Numbered from the stretch's first letter, positions 28,704 through 39,296 are shown. The stretch is 64,000 nt of DNA from Candidatus Shapirobacteria bacterium GW2011_GWF2_37_20 (GCA_000989305.1 LBTB01000004.1:12897-76896); one strand, 5' to 3'. Program-made: numbers and translations. The notes: generated by a model from the sequence alone, not told the origin.

Positions 28704-29666
28704 ATGGGTGGATTACGCTTAATAGCAGGTAGTGCCAGTCAAAAATTGGCGGCAAAAATTTCTACGTTAATCAAAATTCCATTGACTCCGATTGAAGATA
28801 AACGTTTTGCCAACGGTGAGATATATATTCGGGTCAAAAGTAAGGTGAGAGGGGATGATGTGTATATTATTCAGAGTCTGGCAGGGCCAGTGAATGATAA
28901 TTTTATGGAGTTGCTGATTTTAATTGATGCTTTAAAAAGAGCTTCGGTGGGAAGGATTAATTTAATTTGTCCAATTTTGTGTTATTCAAGACAGGATAGA
29001 AAGATAGAGTCGAGAGAACCGATTACAGCAAAATTGGTAGCAGATTTATTATCGGTGGCTGGAGCAAATCGATTGGTAACAGTGGATTTACATGCGGATC
29101 AAATCCAGGGTTTTTATAATATTCCGGTGGACCATTTTGTGGGTTACCCACTTTTTGCCAAATATTTAAAAAAACATTATCCAAAAAAGGATCTACTGAT
29201 TGTATCTCCTGATATTGGCGGAGTAAAACGAGCCAATAAACTGGCAGATTTGTTGGGTTTGAAAATTGCCATTATCGATAAGGTAAGAAAGGAGCATAAT
29301 AAGTCAGAAGTAATGCATATTGTGGGTGAGGTTGAGGGGAAGGTGGCGGTAATAATTGATGACATGATTGATACGGGTGGATCGATATGTAAGGCGGCGG
29401 ATGCGGTAAAAGCGAATGGAGCCAAGGAAGTAATAATTTGCGGAACACATGCTCTTTTGTCGGGTGAGGCGTTAAAAAATTTAAAAGACTGTTGTGCTTC
29501 CAAAATTATTCTGACTGATACAGTTGAAATTCCGGAAAAATCCAGATTACCCAACATGGTGATACTGTCGGTGGCACCACTTTTGGCAAAAATTATTAAA
29601 AGAATTCATTTAGACAGATCTTTGGGAGAGCTGTTTAAATGGGAAGACAAGAGAAGAACCCTGTAA
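28704..29666 (+). CDS. prs: Ribose-phosphate pyrophosphokinase
   Basis: LRLIAGSAS...FANGEIYIRV and the PRPP-binding loop DDMIDTGGS. Confidence 0.9.
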   Translation: MGGLRLIAGSASQKLAAKISTLIKIPLTPIEDKRFANGEIYIRVKSKVRGDDVYIIQSLAGPVNDNFMELLILIDALKRASVGRINLICPILCYSRQDRKIESREPITAKLVADLLSVAGANRLVTVDLHADQIQGFYNIPVDHFVGYPLFAKYLKKHYPKKDLLIVSPDIGGVKRANKLADLLGLKIAIIDKVRKEHNKSEVMHIVGEVEGKVAVIIDDMIDTGGSICKAADAVKANGAKEVIICGTHALLSGEALKNLKDCCASKIILTDTVEIPEKSRLPNMVILSVAPLLAKIIKRIHLDRSLGELFKWEDKRRTL

Positions 29667-29735
29667 AATCACCGCAACAAAAAAATTTGATATATAAGAG
29701 CTGATTGAAGAGAAGTCGGAATTGGATTATAAAGT

Positions 29736-30443
29736 TTGAAGATGAAAGTAAAGTTGTTATCGTATACTAAAGACCCGGAACAGGTAGTAGTGGCGGCGAT
29801 CAGACAATGTTATGCGGCAGTTGGAGCCAAGGAATTAAAGAAAAAAATTGATAAAGAGACGAGACAAAGATTAATAAAACAAGTTTTGGCTTCTGGTCAC
29901 ACTTCAACCCTTGAACATGCGAGTTTTACCTTTGGGATAGAAGGTATTTCAAGAGTCAGTGAAATACAGTTAATTAGACACCGGGTGGGTTGCTCCTATT
30001 CGATTCAGTCAGGACGATATGTGAAAAGGGGAGAGGCTAAATTTGCAATTCCGGTATCGATTCAAAATGATAAAGAAATATTGCCAAAATATAAAAAGAT
30101 TTTGAAAGAGGTACAGGGTTTGTATAACGAAATGACTGACAAGGGTATCAAGGCGGAGGACGCCAGATATTTACAGCCACAATCGTTACAGACAAAAATT
30201 GTGGTGACGATGAATGCCAGGGCTTTGTTGCATTTTTTAGAATTAAGATGTTGCAAAAGGGCGCAGTGGGAAATTCAGCAGCTAGCTAATTTAATGTTGA
30301 GGGAGGTGCGGAAGGTGGCACCAATTATTTTTGAAAAAGCAGGAGCGAGTTGTGTGACAACCGGAATTTGTTGGGAGGGGGAGAAGATGTCATGCGGACT
30401 TTATAAAGATATTAAAGGGGCTGAAGTGAGGACAAGAATATGA
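29736..30443 (+). CDS. thyX: Flavin-dependent thymidylate synthase ThyX
   Basis: ThyX motif RHRVGCSYSIQSGRY. Confidence 0.9.
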   Translation: MKMKVKLLSYTKDPEQVVVAAIRQCYAAVGAKELKKKIDKETRQRLIKQVLASGHTSTLEHASFTFGIEGISRVSEIQLIRHRVGCSYSIQSGRYVKRGEAKFAIPVSIQNDKEILPKYKKILKEVQGLYNEMTDKGIKAEDARYLQPQSLQTKIVVTMNARALLHFLELRCCKRAQWEIQQLANLMLREVRKVAPIIFEKAGASCVTTGICWEGEKMSCGLYKDIKGAEVRTRI

Positions 30444-31111
30444 CAGAGAGGGCGGAGGGTGCAGCAGTAATGATTAATGTAACTGCGGCACCAAATTCAG
30501 GCAAAACAGCTTTGACGGAATATTTATACAGTTATTATTTAAATAGAGGTTTACAGGTAGCGAGAGTAAAATATCCGGTTTATCGTCCGGAAGATTTTGG
30601 GGCAATTGATTATGAGGACACAGGAAAGCGGATAAATGCCTACATCAGAGAGGGTAACCCTGAAAATTGGGATGTAAGAACAGCGCAACAATTTTATGCT
30701 AAAAATAGAATATATTTTGACAAGACGATCGGAATCTGGAGAAGGGAAAAGGACGTAATAATCTCTGAGGACGGAAAATATACGAGTATTATATGGGGAC
30801 CAATTATGGATTCAAATTTGAAAAAAAAAGAAATCGAGGAATGGAATAAAGACATTATTGAACCGGATATACATTTTACTTTACGTGGTCCAAGATTGGG
30901 GGGAATTGAAGTGGTCCATAAGTTTGAAAATTCTGGAGAGTGGGAGAGGTGCAGGCAAGCTCATTTATCTATAGCAACGGATTTAGGGTGGAGAATTGTT
31001 GATTTCAATAAGGTTGATGGGGAGGAGGAGATTAAAAAAGAGACAGCTAGAGTTGCCATGGAAATTATTAATGCATCAGAACCATTATTTGAGAGGAGAA
31101 AGATAATTTAA
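30440..31111 (+). CDS. P-loop kinase, possibly a (d)NMP or thymidylate kinase
   Basis: AAPNSGKTAL P-loop. Placement after thyX. Confidence 0.45.
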   Translation: MTERAEGAAVMINVTAAPNSGKTALTEYLYSYYLNRGLQVARVKYPVYRPEDFGAIDYEDTGKRINAYIREGNPENWDVRTAQQFYAKNRIYFDKTIGIWRREKDVIISEDGKYTSIIWGPIMDSNLKKKEIEEWNKDIIEPDIHFTLRGPRLGGIEVVHKFENSGEWERCRQAHLSIATDLGWRIVDFNKVDGEEEIKKETARVAMEIINASEPLFERRKII

Positions 31112-31302
31112 TGGCAGTAAATATTCAAGAAATTCCCAGGATTCATTGTTTTGAGGGGCCAAGAGTTGATTTAAATGATGTTTGTGGTAAATCAGATGAG
31201 TGTAAGGTGACTGAATGTTTGTGGCACAGGAAGAAGGAAAAGATATCGTCAATGTTGGGGGCGGATAATAACAGAACTGAAGCAATGCCAAAAATAAGAT
31301 AA
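31111..31302 (+). CDS. Small Cys-rich hypothetical protein
   Basis: HCFEGP...CGKSDECKVTECLWH. ORF only. Confidence 0.35.
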   Translation: MAVNIQEIPRIHCFEGPRVDLNDVCGKSDECKVTECLWHRKKEKISSMLGADNNRTEAMPKIR

Positions 31303-31310
31303 AATAGGCC

Positions 31311-32459
31311 ATGGACAAAATAATGGATTTGATTGCACAAGAAGAAAAATATCAAAATGAAACAATTAGGTTGATTCCAAGTGAAAATTTTACTTCGGAA
31401 AATGTTAAAAAAGCCTTGGCTTCGGATTTAACAAATAAATATGCAGAAGGATATCCCGGGAAAAGGTATTATCAGGGAAATAAAATTGTGGATGAAATTG
31501 AAAATTTAGCAATTGAAAGAGGTAAAAAATTACTGGGAGTAGAACATTTGAATGTACAAGCATATTCGGGAAGTCCGGCTAATAGTGCGGTACTGATGGC
31601 ACTGGTAGAGCCGGGAGAAAAGATTTGCGGCATGAAATTAAATGCGGGTGGACATTTGACTCACGGTCATCCAAAAATTACATTTTCCGGAAAATTTTTT
31701 AATTCAGTGCAATATGACGTGGACGTGGAAGGGAGGATTGATTATGAAAAGTTGAGAGAACTTGTTGTGGCCGAAAAACCAAAATTGATTTTTGCAGGAA
31801 CAACGGCTTACCCATGGATTCTTGATTGGGAAAAATTTGCGAAGGTTGCTGATGAGGTGGGGGCATGGTTAGTGGCTGATATTTCTCATATCGCGGGCTT
31901 AATTGTGGGGGGGGTACATCCAAGTCCGGTACCTTATGTTCATATTGTGACTTCAACAACTCACAAGAGTCTAAGGGGGCCACGAGGGGCCATAATCGGA
32001 GTGACAAAAAAGGGCTTAGATAGAGATATAGATTTGGCTAAGAAAATTGATAGAGCGGTGTTTCCCGGTTTACAGGGCGGACCACATATTAATAGTATTG
32101 CGGCAATGGCAGTGGCTTTTGAAGAGGCAAGTGGTGAAGATTTTAAAAAATATGCTGAGCAAATAGTGAAGAATGCTAAGGTTTTGGCTGATACATTAAG
32201 AGAAGGTGGTTTGAAAGTTTTCGGAACGGAGAATCATTTGATGGTGGTGGACGTTGGTTTGGAGAGGGGGAAAGAAGTAGCGGTGGAATTAGAGGAAGCG
32301 GGAATTATTGTCAATGCCAATACAATTCCCCACGACATGGGTAGTCCGTTTAAACCATCAGGAATCAGAATGGGAACACCGGCGATGACGACTAAGGGTT
32401 ACGTGGAGGCTGATTTTGTGGCTTTAGGAGTAAAAATAGCGGATATAGTAAAAAGATAA
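31311..32459 (+). CDS. glyA: Serine hydroxymethyltransferase
   Basis: LIPSENFTS, YAEGYPGKRYY and the PLP-lysine motif TSTTHKSLRGPRG. Confidence 0.9.
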   Translation: MDKIMDLIAQEEKYQNETIRLIPSENFTSENVKKALASDLTNKYAEGYPGKRYYQGNKIVDEIENLAIERGKKLLGVEHLNVQAYSGSPANSAVLMALVEPGEKICGMKLNAGGHLTHGHPKITFSGKFFNSVQYDVDVEGRIDYEKLRELVVAEKPKLIFAGTTAYPWILDWEKFAKVADEVGAWLVADISHIAGLIVGGVHPSPVPYVHIVTSTTHKSLRGPRGAIIGVTKKGLDRDIDLAKKIDRAVFPGLQGGPHINSIAAMAVAFEEASGEDFKKYAEQIVKNAKVLADTLREGGLKVFGTENHLMVVDVGLERGKEVAVELEEAGIIVNANTIPHDMGSPFKPSGIRMGTPAMTTKGYVEADFVALGVKIADIVKR

Positions 32460-35034
32460 AACCAAAGAACTCTAAAAGTTGAGGCCAAAAAAGAATATAG
32501 ATGTTATCGTTTTGGATATTTTCAAGGTTCCAGCCATTGGCCCAATTGTTGACTTGATAGTGGTCCAAGATATTAATCTTATAGTGGTTGAAATTAACAG
32601 CAATCCAGCTTGAGTCGTAGCTTTGAGGGAGTATTAGTGAAGAAGCAGGTGAGGTTGGGTATGCTTTGTAATAGAAAATATTAGAAATTGGATAAAGATA
32701 TTGTCGGGAAAGAGGGGGGTAGGAATCCTTTTGATTTAAAGGAAAAGGATATAGGGTGATTTGGTCAATGTAATTTAGGTTTGAGGTTGAGAATGAGGTG
32801 TTATCAAAAATAAAATTTAAACCGTAATCAAAGTTGTCTGATTGGCGAGCGGGAATAAAAAACCAACTGGTGGCGGGGTTGGGGAAAATAGGTAACAAGG
32901 TTTGAAAATATTTATTTTGAGAGTTTTCAGAAACAGCACTTATCTTTAAAGGAAGGCCGGAATAATGTCGGGAAGTTATTTTGACTAGGTAATTTTGAGA
33001 AAGACTGGCGTTGGGAAAGTTGTAGGCGAAAGTCGGTTGACTGATATCGGAATGAGTAGAATTTTTATTGGCAGGATCATTGTTTATTAAAGAAAAGGAA
33101 GAGGGGGAAAAGGGTAGCTCAGATTGAAGACGGTTGGTAAAAAGATTTTGGAAAGTGGAGGGATAATTTTTATCAGTAACATAGTCACCAAGAAGCTGAT
33201 AGTTTTGGTCAATCAGAGCAAAATTAAATTTGGAGGCGGAAGGTAAATCGGAGGTTAGATATATCCTGGTGGGGGAGGATGTCTGATAGACAAAAATGTT
33301 TTTGGTTTTCTTAATTAATTTAAGAGAGGGTATGGAATCAAGCAGTTCTTTGGTGGGACGGGAAAGTTTGGCATAAATTTTGTCATCGGGGTAATAAATA
33401 TTGTTATCAAAAATGATGTATTGAATAGAATATTTGGAAAAGATATTCTCTAAAAGAATCGGATTTTTGCTTTGGATGGCGTGACTTAACTCCCAATAGT
33501 ATTGTTCATTTTCTAGATTCCAAGCATCAAAGGCCCGATCGAGAATGGGATTTTGTAGGGCATACCAAAGGAAACCAGAGCCACTGACACCCCACTTATA
33601 GTTAGTCCAACCCCAAAAGGAGCCCTGAGGCAGATTGGCGATGCGACCGGTGTGGTTTTGGGTATTAAAAAAGTTAAAAATTTCAAAATATTCGGAGGGG
33701 ATTTTTTGACGGATATCGGGAGAAAAATAATTGCCTTTAAAAGCCGGAAAGGAAAAGAAAAAGAGGGAGAGAAAAACTAAGAAACTGGATAAATTGGAAG
33801 TAATTAGGGAATATTTTATTTGACGAAGAAAGTTGATTAAAGAACGGAGACCGAAAGCCAATAAGAGAGAAAAGGTAAAAGAGGCGGGAACTAAAAATTT
33901 GGTCCACGGCGAACGAAAGATCTGATTAATTAAAGGAAGGGTGCGAAGGAGAGAATTAAATTCTTTAAATGGGCCGAGATTAGAGAGAAGGGCAACGCAA
34001 GAAAGGAGAAAAAAGAGGAGAAGTGAAGTGGAAAATAAATTAAGTTTTTTTGGACGGGAAAGAAGATAAATTAGACCAAGAATAATAAAAAAAGAGATAA
34101 AGTAGCCACAGATTAGAAGATATTGGTTAGAAAAATGAGTTGTCCAGGGGGCCATAAGCCGTTGCCCGTTACTGGAAAAATCGTAATAATAACCCCGAAG
34201 AAGAAGAAAGTCAGAAAGATTGCCACGGGATTGATTGCGGGCAAAAGTTTCATCGTTACTCATGAAATTACCGATGCCGGCTGTTGGGTTTTGAAGATTA
34301 TTTTTTAAGAAATAGAGCTGGGGAAAAAGCCAAAAAGAATTGATTAAAAAAAGTAAAAATAAAAAGAGGGAATAAGATTTTAGGGAAGATGTTTTTCGAT
34401 GAACGACAAAATGAGAGACAAAAATTAGAAAAACACAAATTAAATAAACAACAAAAATAGTTTGAACATAGAAGGAGGGAATGGCCAAAAGATTAATAAG
34501 AATTAGTTTTTTTAGATTGGGTGAAATGGGGGAGTGGAGATATTTAAAAAGGTAAAAGATTAGCCAAGGGAAAAAGCCCCAGAAGGTAGAAAAGGGTTCA
34601 AAAGCAACCCAAAAATATTGGACGGAACCAAAGTTGAGAAGATAAAACAGGGCAGAGACAAAAGAGATTAAGGAAGAGAATTTATTTTTTATAAGTAAAT
34701 GAAAGATGCCAAAAGTACCTAAAAATAGCATGGCAAAATGCCAGAGATAGCGGATAAGGCTCGTCGGGAGAAATAGGGTAAAGGGCAGAATTATTAATTG
34801 ACGAATCAGGTCGGTAGCATGAGCCATGCCACCAACAAGACCAAGACCCTGGTATTGTTGCCAGACGGCAAAGAGAGAGCGTTTAAGGTTTAGCCAGATG
34901 TTTAATTCCGGCATTAAATTGTCCCAGCCGGTGAGAAAGGTACCTGGGGTGTAATTGTTAAGACAAAGGAGACAAAGAATTATGACCAAAAAAGATTCAA
35001 AGAGGTGACGTTTAATCCACAAAAAAGGGGCCAT
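32392..35034 (-). CDS. Large polytopic membrane protein (GT-C-like glycosyltransferase) with C-terminal soluble domain
   Basis: About 14 predicted TM helices in the N-terminal 500 aa, then a soluble region. Architecture resembles AftD/DUF3367-type GT-C enzymes. Confidence 0.55.
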   Translation of the reverse strand: MAPFLWIKRHLFESFLVIILCLLCLNNYTPGTFLTGWDNLMPELNIWLNLKRSLFAVWQQYQGLGLVGGMAHATDLIRQLIILPFTLFLPTSLIRYLWHFAMLFLGTFGIFHLLIKNKFSSLISFVSALFYLLNFGSVQYFWVAFEPFSTFWGFFPWLIFYLFKYLHSPISPNLKKLILINLLAIPSFYVQTIFVVYLICVFLIFVSHFVVHRKTSSLKSYSLFLFLLFLINSFWLFPQLYFLKNNLQNPTAGIGNFMSNDETFARNQSRGNLSDFLLLRGYYYDFSSNGQRLMAPWTTHFSNQYLLICGYFISFFIILGLIYLLSRPKKLNLFSTSLLLFFLLSCVALLSNLGPFKEFNSLLRTLPLINQIFRSPWTKFLVPASFTFSLLLAFGLRSLINFLRQIKYSLITSNLSSFLVFLSLFFFSFPAFKGNYFSPDIRQKIPSEYFEIFNFFNTQNHTGRIANLPQGSFWGWTNYKWGVSGSGFLWYALQNPILDRAFDAWNLENEQYYWELSHAIQSKNPILLENIFSKYSIQYIIFDNNIYYPDDKIYAKLSRPTKELLDSIPSLKLIKKTKNIFVYQTSSPTRIYLTSDLPSASKFNFALIDQNYQLLGDYVTDKNYPSTFQNLFTNRLQSELPFSPSSFSLINNDPANKNSTHSDISQPTFAYNFPNASLSQNYLVKITSRHYSGLPLKISAVSENSQNKYFQTLLPIFPNPATSWFFIPARQSDNFDYGLNFIFDNTSFSTSNLNYIDQITLYPFPLNQKDSYPPLSRQYLYPISNIFYYKAYPTSPASSLILPQSYDSSWIAVNFNHYKINILDHYQVNNWANGWNLENIQNDNIYILFWPQLLEFFGFIFLLYPLFLLLKPQNQPPRNP

Positions 35035-35041
35035 TGATTAA

Positions 35042-35947
35042 TTATACTTGGCTTCCGACAAAAGTGCCGATTTGGGATGCGGATTGATTTTTAGTAATTC
35101 CACGGATGAAATACCAAAGGTTATAGATAAGAGAAGAGGGAAGTATGGAAATAACGATAATTTCAGCCAGGTTGATAATAATGGCTTTGAGTGAGGGTTG
35201 AAAACCATTTTTTATGGCATTAAGACGTGACTGAAGAGTTAAATAGAAAGTTTTTTTAGGGTTCAGGTGAGAGAGAGAGCTTTTAATTTGACGATAAAAA
35301 TAGAGATAGTCTTTTAAATTAGCAAAGAGACCATATTGTGACAGTCTAAAATATAAGTCAACCTCCTCAGCACTGGTTTTGGAAGCAGAATACCAAGTAA
35401 AAGATTTAGGTAAAAGAGATCGATTAATCATCATATATCCTTGCTGAACAGGAATGGCCCAGAAAAGCATATCGTTGATGCCGGTTGAAGAAATCGGGAA
35501 AGATTTAAAACCAATGATCTGATCATTTTGATCAATAATGGTGCATTGAGCGCCAACAATGACGGTTTTAGGGTTTGATTTTAAATATTTTAATTGTTTT
35601 TCAAGTCTGTCTGATGTGGAAATATCGTCGGCGTCCATACGGGCAAGATATTTGCAGCGGGCGAAGGAAATGGCAATGTTGGAAGTGGTGGAAACGCCTA
35701 AATTAAGGCGGTTACGACAGGCACGAATACGCGGATCGCGACGGGCGAAGGATTTAATTATTTTCCAGGAAGAGTCGGTAGAGGCGTCATCAATAATGAT
35801 AAATTCAAAATTTTTTAAAGTTTGATTGAGGATGGACTCGATTGACTGAACAAGATAAGGAGCGGCATTAAAAACCGGCATGTATATACTCAAAACCGGT
35901 TTTTTAATTTTATAGTTGGTCATAGCATTTCGTCCTTTCGGACTCAT
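35042..35947 (-). CDS. GT2 family glycosyltransferase
   Basis: LSIYMPVFNAAPYL...IIIDDASTD and the DxD signature (RMDADDIS). Confidence 0.85.
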   Translation of the reverse strand: MSPKGRNAMTNYKIKKPVLSIYMPVFNAAPYLVQSIESILNQTLKNFEFIIIDDASTDSSWKIIKSFARRDPRIRACRNRLNLGVSTTSNIAISFARCKYLARMDADDISTSDRLEKQLKYLKSNPKTVIVGAQCTIIDQNDQIIGFKSFPISSTGINDMLFWAIPVQQGYMMINRSLLPKSFTWYSASKTSAEEVDLYFRLSQYGLFANLKDYLYFYRQIKSSLSHLNPKKTFYLTLQSRLNAIKNGFQPSLKAIIINLAEIIVISILPSSLIYNLWYFIRGITKNQSASQIGTFVGSQV

Positions 35948-36002
35948 CAGTATCGATACACATCGATAAATGCTAATCTCTTTCTTCTTTCTTTCCTTGG
36001 CT

Positions 36003-36046
36003 CCCGTGGGAACTGTTCGCCTTTGGGGCTACTGGGTTCCCACGGG
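36003..36046. repeat. 11-bp perfect inverted repeat (CCCGTGGGAAC / GTTCCCACGGG) with 22-nt loop
   Basis: Seen directly. Lies 3' of the GC-rich gene 36070-37029 on the minus strand. Possible terminator or recombination site. Confidence 0.6.
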
Positions 36047-36069
36047 GGATTAGAGGTTTGGGGTGGCCG

Positions 36070-37029
36070 TTACGGCAGAATCACGATTCGGATGTCAGGT
36101 CTGGTTGCTAAGTAATCAGCGACCACTTTGACGTCCTTCAGACGATCGGCAACAGCCAGAGCCAAAGGGCCATGAATGTCGAAATTGCCGACTTTGATTT
36201 GATCGATAATTCGACCAAGGTCTTTGTCGCGATGCGGTATATCGTACCAGAGTACGACTTCGCCGTTGCGAATCCGAATTTGCTGTTCACCCTTGAGGTT
36301 GAAAAGGACGCCACCATTAAATATGGTATTGTTCATTTCGAACCCGTGGGAGAAAACAACAGCTTCAGTGTCGCAAGCGTTAAATCGGACGTCCAACCAG
36401 GTGTTTTCAACTGTCTGCAGTTCCAAATCGGACAACTCTTCGTTGTAGGCTTTGTTAGGAACTAACACAGAACGGTTGGTGAATGTCACCCTTTTGCCGA
36501 TATCGTAGACCGATTCGGTTTCAAGTGACAGACCAGCGTTTTCCCAAGTGACTCCATTGTCTTTAGAAACCTCGATGGTTTCGCAGGCAACGATGGGTGT
36601 TTCAACAACGGGTGCTTCGGTGGCAACAACAGGTACTTCTGTAGTGACGACTTCCGTAGCCTTAGGGGCTTCGGTAGCAACTACGATGGGCACTTCAGTT
36701 GAGCTAACAACTGGAGTTTCTGTGGCTGTGGGTGCAGTGGGAACAGTCCAGGGATGCCATAATAGCATTCCAAGAATAAACAGTCCCAGTAAAACCCACG
36801 GTAACCAACCCAAATTCCGTGAGGAATTGGTTTTTTGCTCTTTTGCGCGGTTTTCTGCGGCGATGCGATTTGCACGTCGTGTTTCTGCGCCTTTTATTCC
36901 TGCATCGTGCCGTTTCTTTTTTTGCTCAGCTTCTGTAGCCATTGTAAATCTCCTTTGATTCTTGAATAAAAACTTTTTTCTCTGATTTTCATCGGGTTCT
37001 TTGCCTGAACGGCCTCCATGACACGGCAT
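36070..37029 (-). CDS. GC-rich type II membrane protein with T/E/V/P-rich repeat linker
   Basis: Basic cytoplasmic N-terminus, TM helix, TEVPIVVATEAP-type repeats, and an about 170-aa C-terminal domain. Gene GC is visibly higher than its neighbours. An alternative start at 36945 gives MATEAEQ. Confidence 0.6.
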   Translation of the reverse strand: MPCHGGRSGKEPDENQRKKFLFKNQRRFTMATEAEQKKKRHDAGIKGAETRRANRIAAENRAKEQKTNSSRNLGWLPWVLLGLFILGMLLWHPWTVPTAPTATETPVVSSTEVPIVVATEAPKATEVVTTEVPVVATEAPVVETPIVACETIEVSKDNGVTWENAGLSLETESVYDIGKRVTFTNRSVLVPNKAYNEELSDLELQTVENTWLDVRFNACDTEAVVFSHGFEMNNTIFNGGVLFNLKGEQQIRIRNGEVVLWYDIPHRDKDLGRIIDQIKVGNFDIHGPLALAVADRLKDVKVVADYLATRPDIRIVILP

Positions 37030-37495
37030 GGGTTCTTGAGTTCTTGGAAGACTTACCTCCTTGTAGGTGTCTTATAAATTCAAGTACTCGCGCTGGGCAT
37101 AAATAAATTATACCCAAGGTGAGTACCTGAATTTTGGAAAGATTGAAGAAAGAGATTGTTAAAGAACTCTGCTTTAGCTAATCTCAGACGCGGTGTTTGA
37201 GGTAACTGCGGCAGTATTTTGATGAAAGTTTCTAATCATCAAGGGAGAAACGGAGTAAGCATGACGAGGAGCCACCCTACCCCGAGAATCTCTCCCCTGA
37301 TGATTAATCGGGGGAAGCATTAAGCTTCTATTTGTTAAAGATTAATTAAAAGTTGACTATAACAATCAACAATTAATTGTAAGGAAGTGTATCAAGAATA
37401 TGCAATAATGTCAAGTTATAGGCTACTATTGGGGATAAGTTAGAGATAGGGTTAACTACAAAATCCGAGAATATTACGTATAAAATATTACGAAA

Positions 37496-38389
37496 TTATT
37501 TTAGATTATTTAGAAAATCTTTTAGGTCGGGAGCGATAGCTTCGTCGTTTAGGGTGACAGCAATATTGGCCTTAAGCCAGCGGAGAGGATCGCCGGTGGT
37601 CATCCAATCAGATTCTAAATCGGTGGCTTCGGTCAAGACAACATCGTTTGCGGCTAAAGTATTGACGGCATCGGCAAACCAAAGCTCATTATTTTTACCG
37701 GTGGATTGGGTGGTTAAAACTGGCCAAAGTTTGGCACTGTCAACAACAAAACGACCACCTTGGGCAAAGAAGGAGGGGGCTTGGTCAGCCGGTAATTTTT
37801 CGTACATTCCTGAGATACGATTTGGGTATTTGGGATCTTCTAGATATTTAGCTGAACCGTAACGGATGATTTCAATAGGACCGACATCTTTGACAGAGGC
37901 AATAACTGAGGGAGAATATTGATCAAAGGTCGAAATCATCTTTCGAAGGTAACGGCCACAATCTTTTTCGACAGTTAAATCATCACCAAACATATAGACA
38001 AAAGGGTCGTTGCCGATAAATGATTTGGCGGAGAGAAGTGGAGAGGCATTGCCGTAAGGGAGGTTGGTATCCTGAGGAATAAATTCTAAAGTTTTAAGTT
38101 TAGTCCAGATACTTTTTAGTGAATCGAGGTATTCGGTTTTATTGACGCTTTCTAAATATTTTTCTAAGTCGGAGTCGGGAGTGAAATAACTTTTAATAGT
38201 AGTTTCGCCCTCACGGTGAACAATACATAGATCAGTAATGCCGGCGGCGATGGCTTCTTCAACTAGATATTGGATATTGGGTTTGTTGATGATAGGGACG
38301 AGTTCTTTGGCATAAGCCTTAACAGTGGGAAGGAAACGGGTACCGCGGCCAGCGGCGGCGATAACGGCTTTGGTGACTTTAGTTGACAT
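37496..38389 (-). CDS. galU: UTP--glucose-1-phosphate uridylyltransferase
   Basis: AVIAAAGRGTRFLP...AKELVPI signature. Confidence 0.85.
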   Translation of the reverse strand: MSTKVTKAVIAAAGRGTRFLPTVKAYAKELVPIINKPNIQYLVEEAIAAGITDLCIVHREGETTIKSYFTPDSDLEKYLESVNKTEYLDSLKSIWTKLKTLEFIPQDTNLPYGNASPLLSAKSFIGNDPFVYMFGDDLTVEKDCGRYLRKMISTFDQYSPSVIASVKDVGPIEIIRYGSAKYLEDPKYPNRISGMYEKLPADQAPSFFAQGGRFVVDSAKLWPVLTTQSTGKNNELWFADAVNTLAANDVVLTEATDLESDWMTTGDPLRWLKANIAVTLNDEAIAPDLKDFLNNLK

Positions 38390-38477
38390 ATTAGCTACAT
38401 GATAACAAATTAAAAAAATGATTCAAATTAAAAAAGGAGGAAATATTTGATAGAATAGCGGGTACAGTTTTGTAATG

Positions 38478-38550
38478 GGCCCATAGCGTAGTTGGTAGCG
38501 CGTTCCCATGGCATGGGAAAGGTCAGGGGTTCGAGTCCCCTTGGGTCCAC
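38478..38550 (+). tRNA. tRNA-Ala (anticodon GGC)
   Basis: GGGCCCA acceptor with G3:U70. Anticodon loop ATGGCAT. T-loop TTCGAGT. Confidence 0.8.
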
Positions 38551-38605
38551 AGCTGACACTAATCCGTCTAATAGGCGGATTTTTTGATAAAATCAACTGT
38601 ATCCA

Positions 38606-38680
38606 AGGCCCATAGTGAAACGGTTATCACCAAGGTCTCCAAAACCTTTATTTGAGGTTCAAATCCTCATGGGCCTGCCA
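38606..38680 (+). tRNA. tRNA-Trp (anticodon CCA), CCA encoded
   Basis: AGGCCCA/TGGGCCT acceptor. Anticodon loop CTCCAAA. T-loop TTCAAAT. Confidence 0.8.
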
Positions 38681-38683
38681 ATA

Positions 38684-39277
38684 ATGATAAAAAAAGTATT
38701 GATATTGACTGGTTTGAATCAAGAAACGACTTTGCCGATTTTAAAAATGGCTGAGGGGAAATTGAGCAAGGATTTAGGAATTGAGACAAAAATATTTAAT
38801 TCAGGATGGGAAAGTAGGAAAAACTTTGGGGAAGTGGAAGAAAGATTGTCTAAAAAAATTGATGCAGTTGACGGAGAAGTGATATTGATAGGGATAAGTG
38901 CTGGAATGGTGGTGGCATTGGTGGCAAAAAATAAATATGGAGACAAAATACCAAAAATGATCTCTCTTTGTGGGTGGAGCCGACCAAAGATTAAATTAAA
39001 CCACGAAGAGAAGGAAAAATATAAAGCTTTAGCAAAACTAAATAATGTTTTTGGGGAAGGAGTAGAGAGGTATACTAAAATATATAAAGAAATTTTACCC
39101 AAAGATTGGAAAAAAATTATGGTTTTTTGGGCGGAGAATGATGAATTAATCCCCAAAAGTTGTTGTGTACATAAGGGAATGAAGCCGGTGGAATTGAAGA
39201 TTTTGGAACATGTCTCGGGGATAGTGATAGGGTTGACCAGAACAAAAGAAATGAGGGAATTTATCGAAAAAAAGTAA
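38684..39277 (+). CDS. Alpha/beta-hydrolase-fold protein, paralogue 1 (GISAG nucleophile elbow)
   Basis: GxSxG = GISAG. Start trimmed from the track ORF, which began inside tRNA-Trp. Confidence 0.55.
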   Translation: MIKKVLILTGLNQETTLPILKMAEGKLSKDLGIETKIFNSGWESRKNFGEVEERLSKKIDAVDGEVILIGISAGMVVALVAKNKYGDKIPKMISLCGWSRPKIKLNHEEKEKYKALAKLNNVFGEGVERYTKIYKEILPKDWKKIMVFWAENDELIPKSCCVHKGMKPVELKILEHVSGIVIGLTRTKEMREFIEKK

Positions 39278-39296
39278 ATTGTGATATATTAGGCCG

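Noticed and set aside
30440-31111. Confident call as thymidylate kinase
   Set aside because: The P-loop AAPNSGKTAL does not match the Tmk GxxGxGKTT pattern well. Only genomic context supports it.
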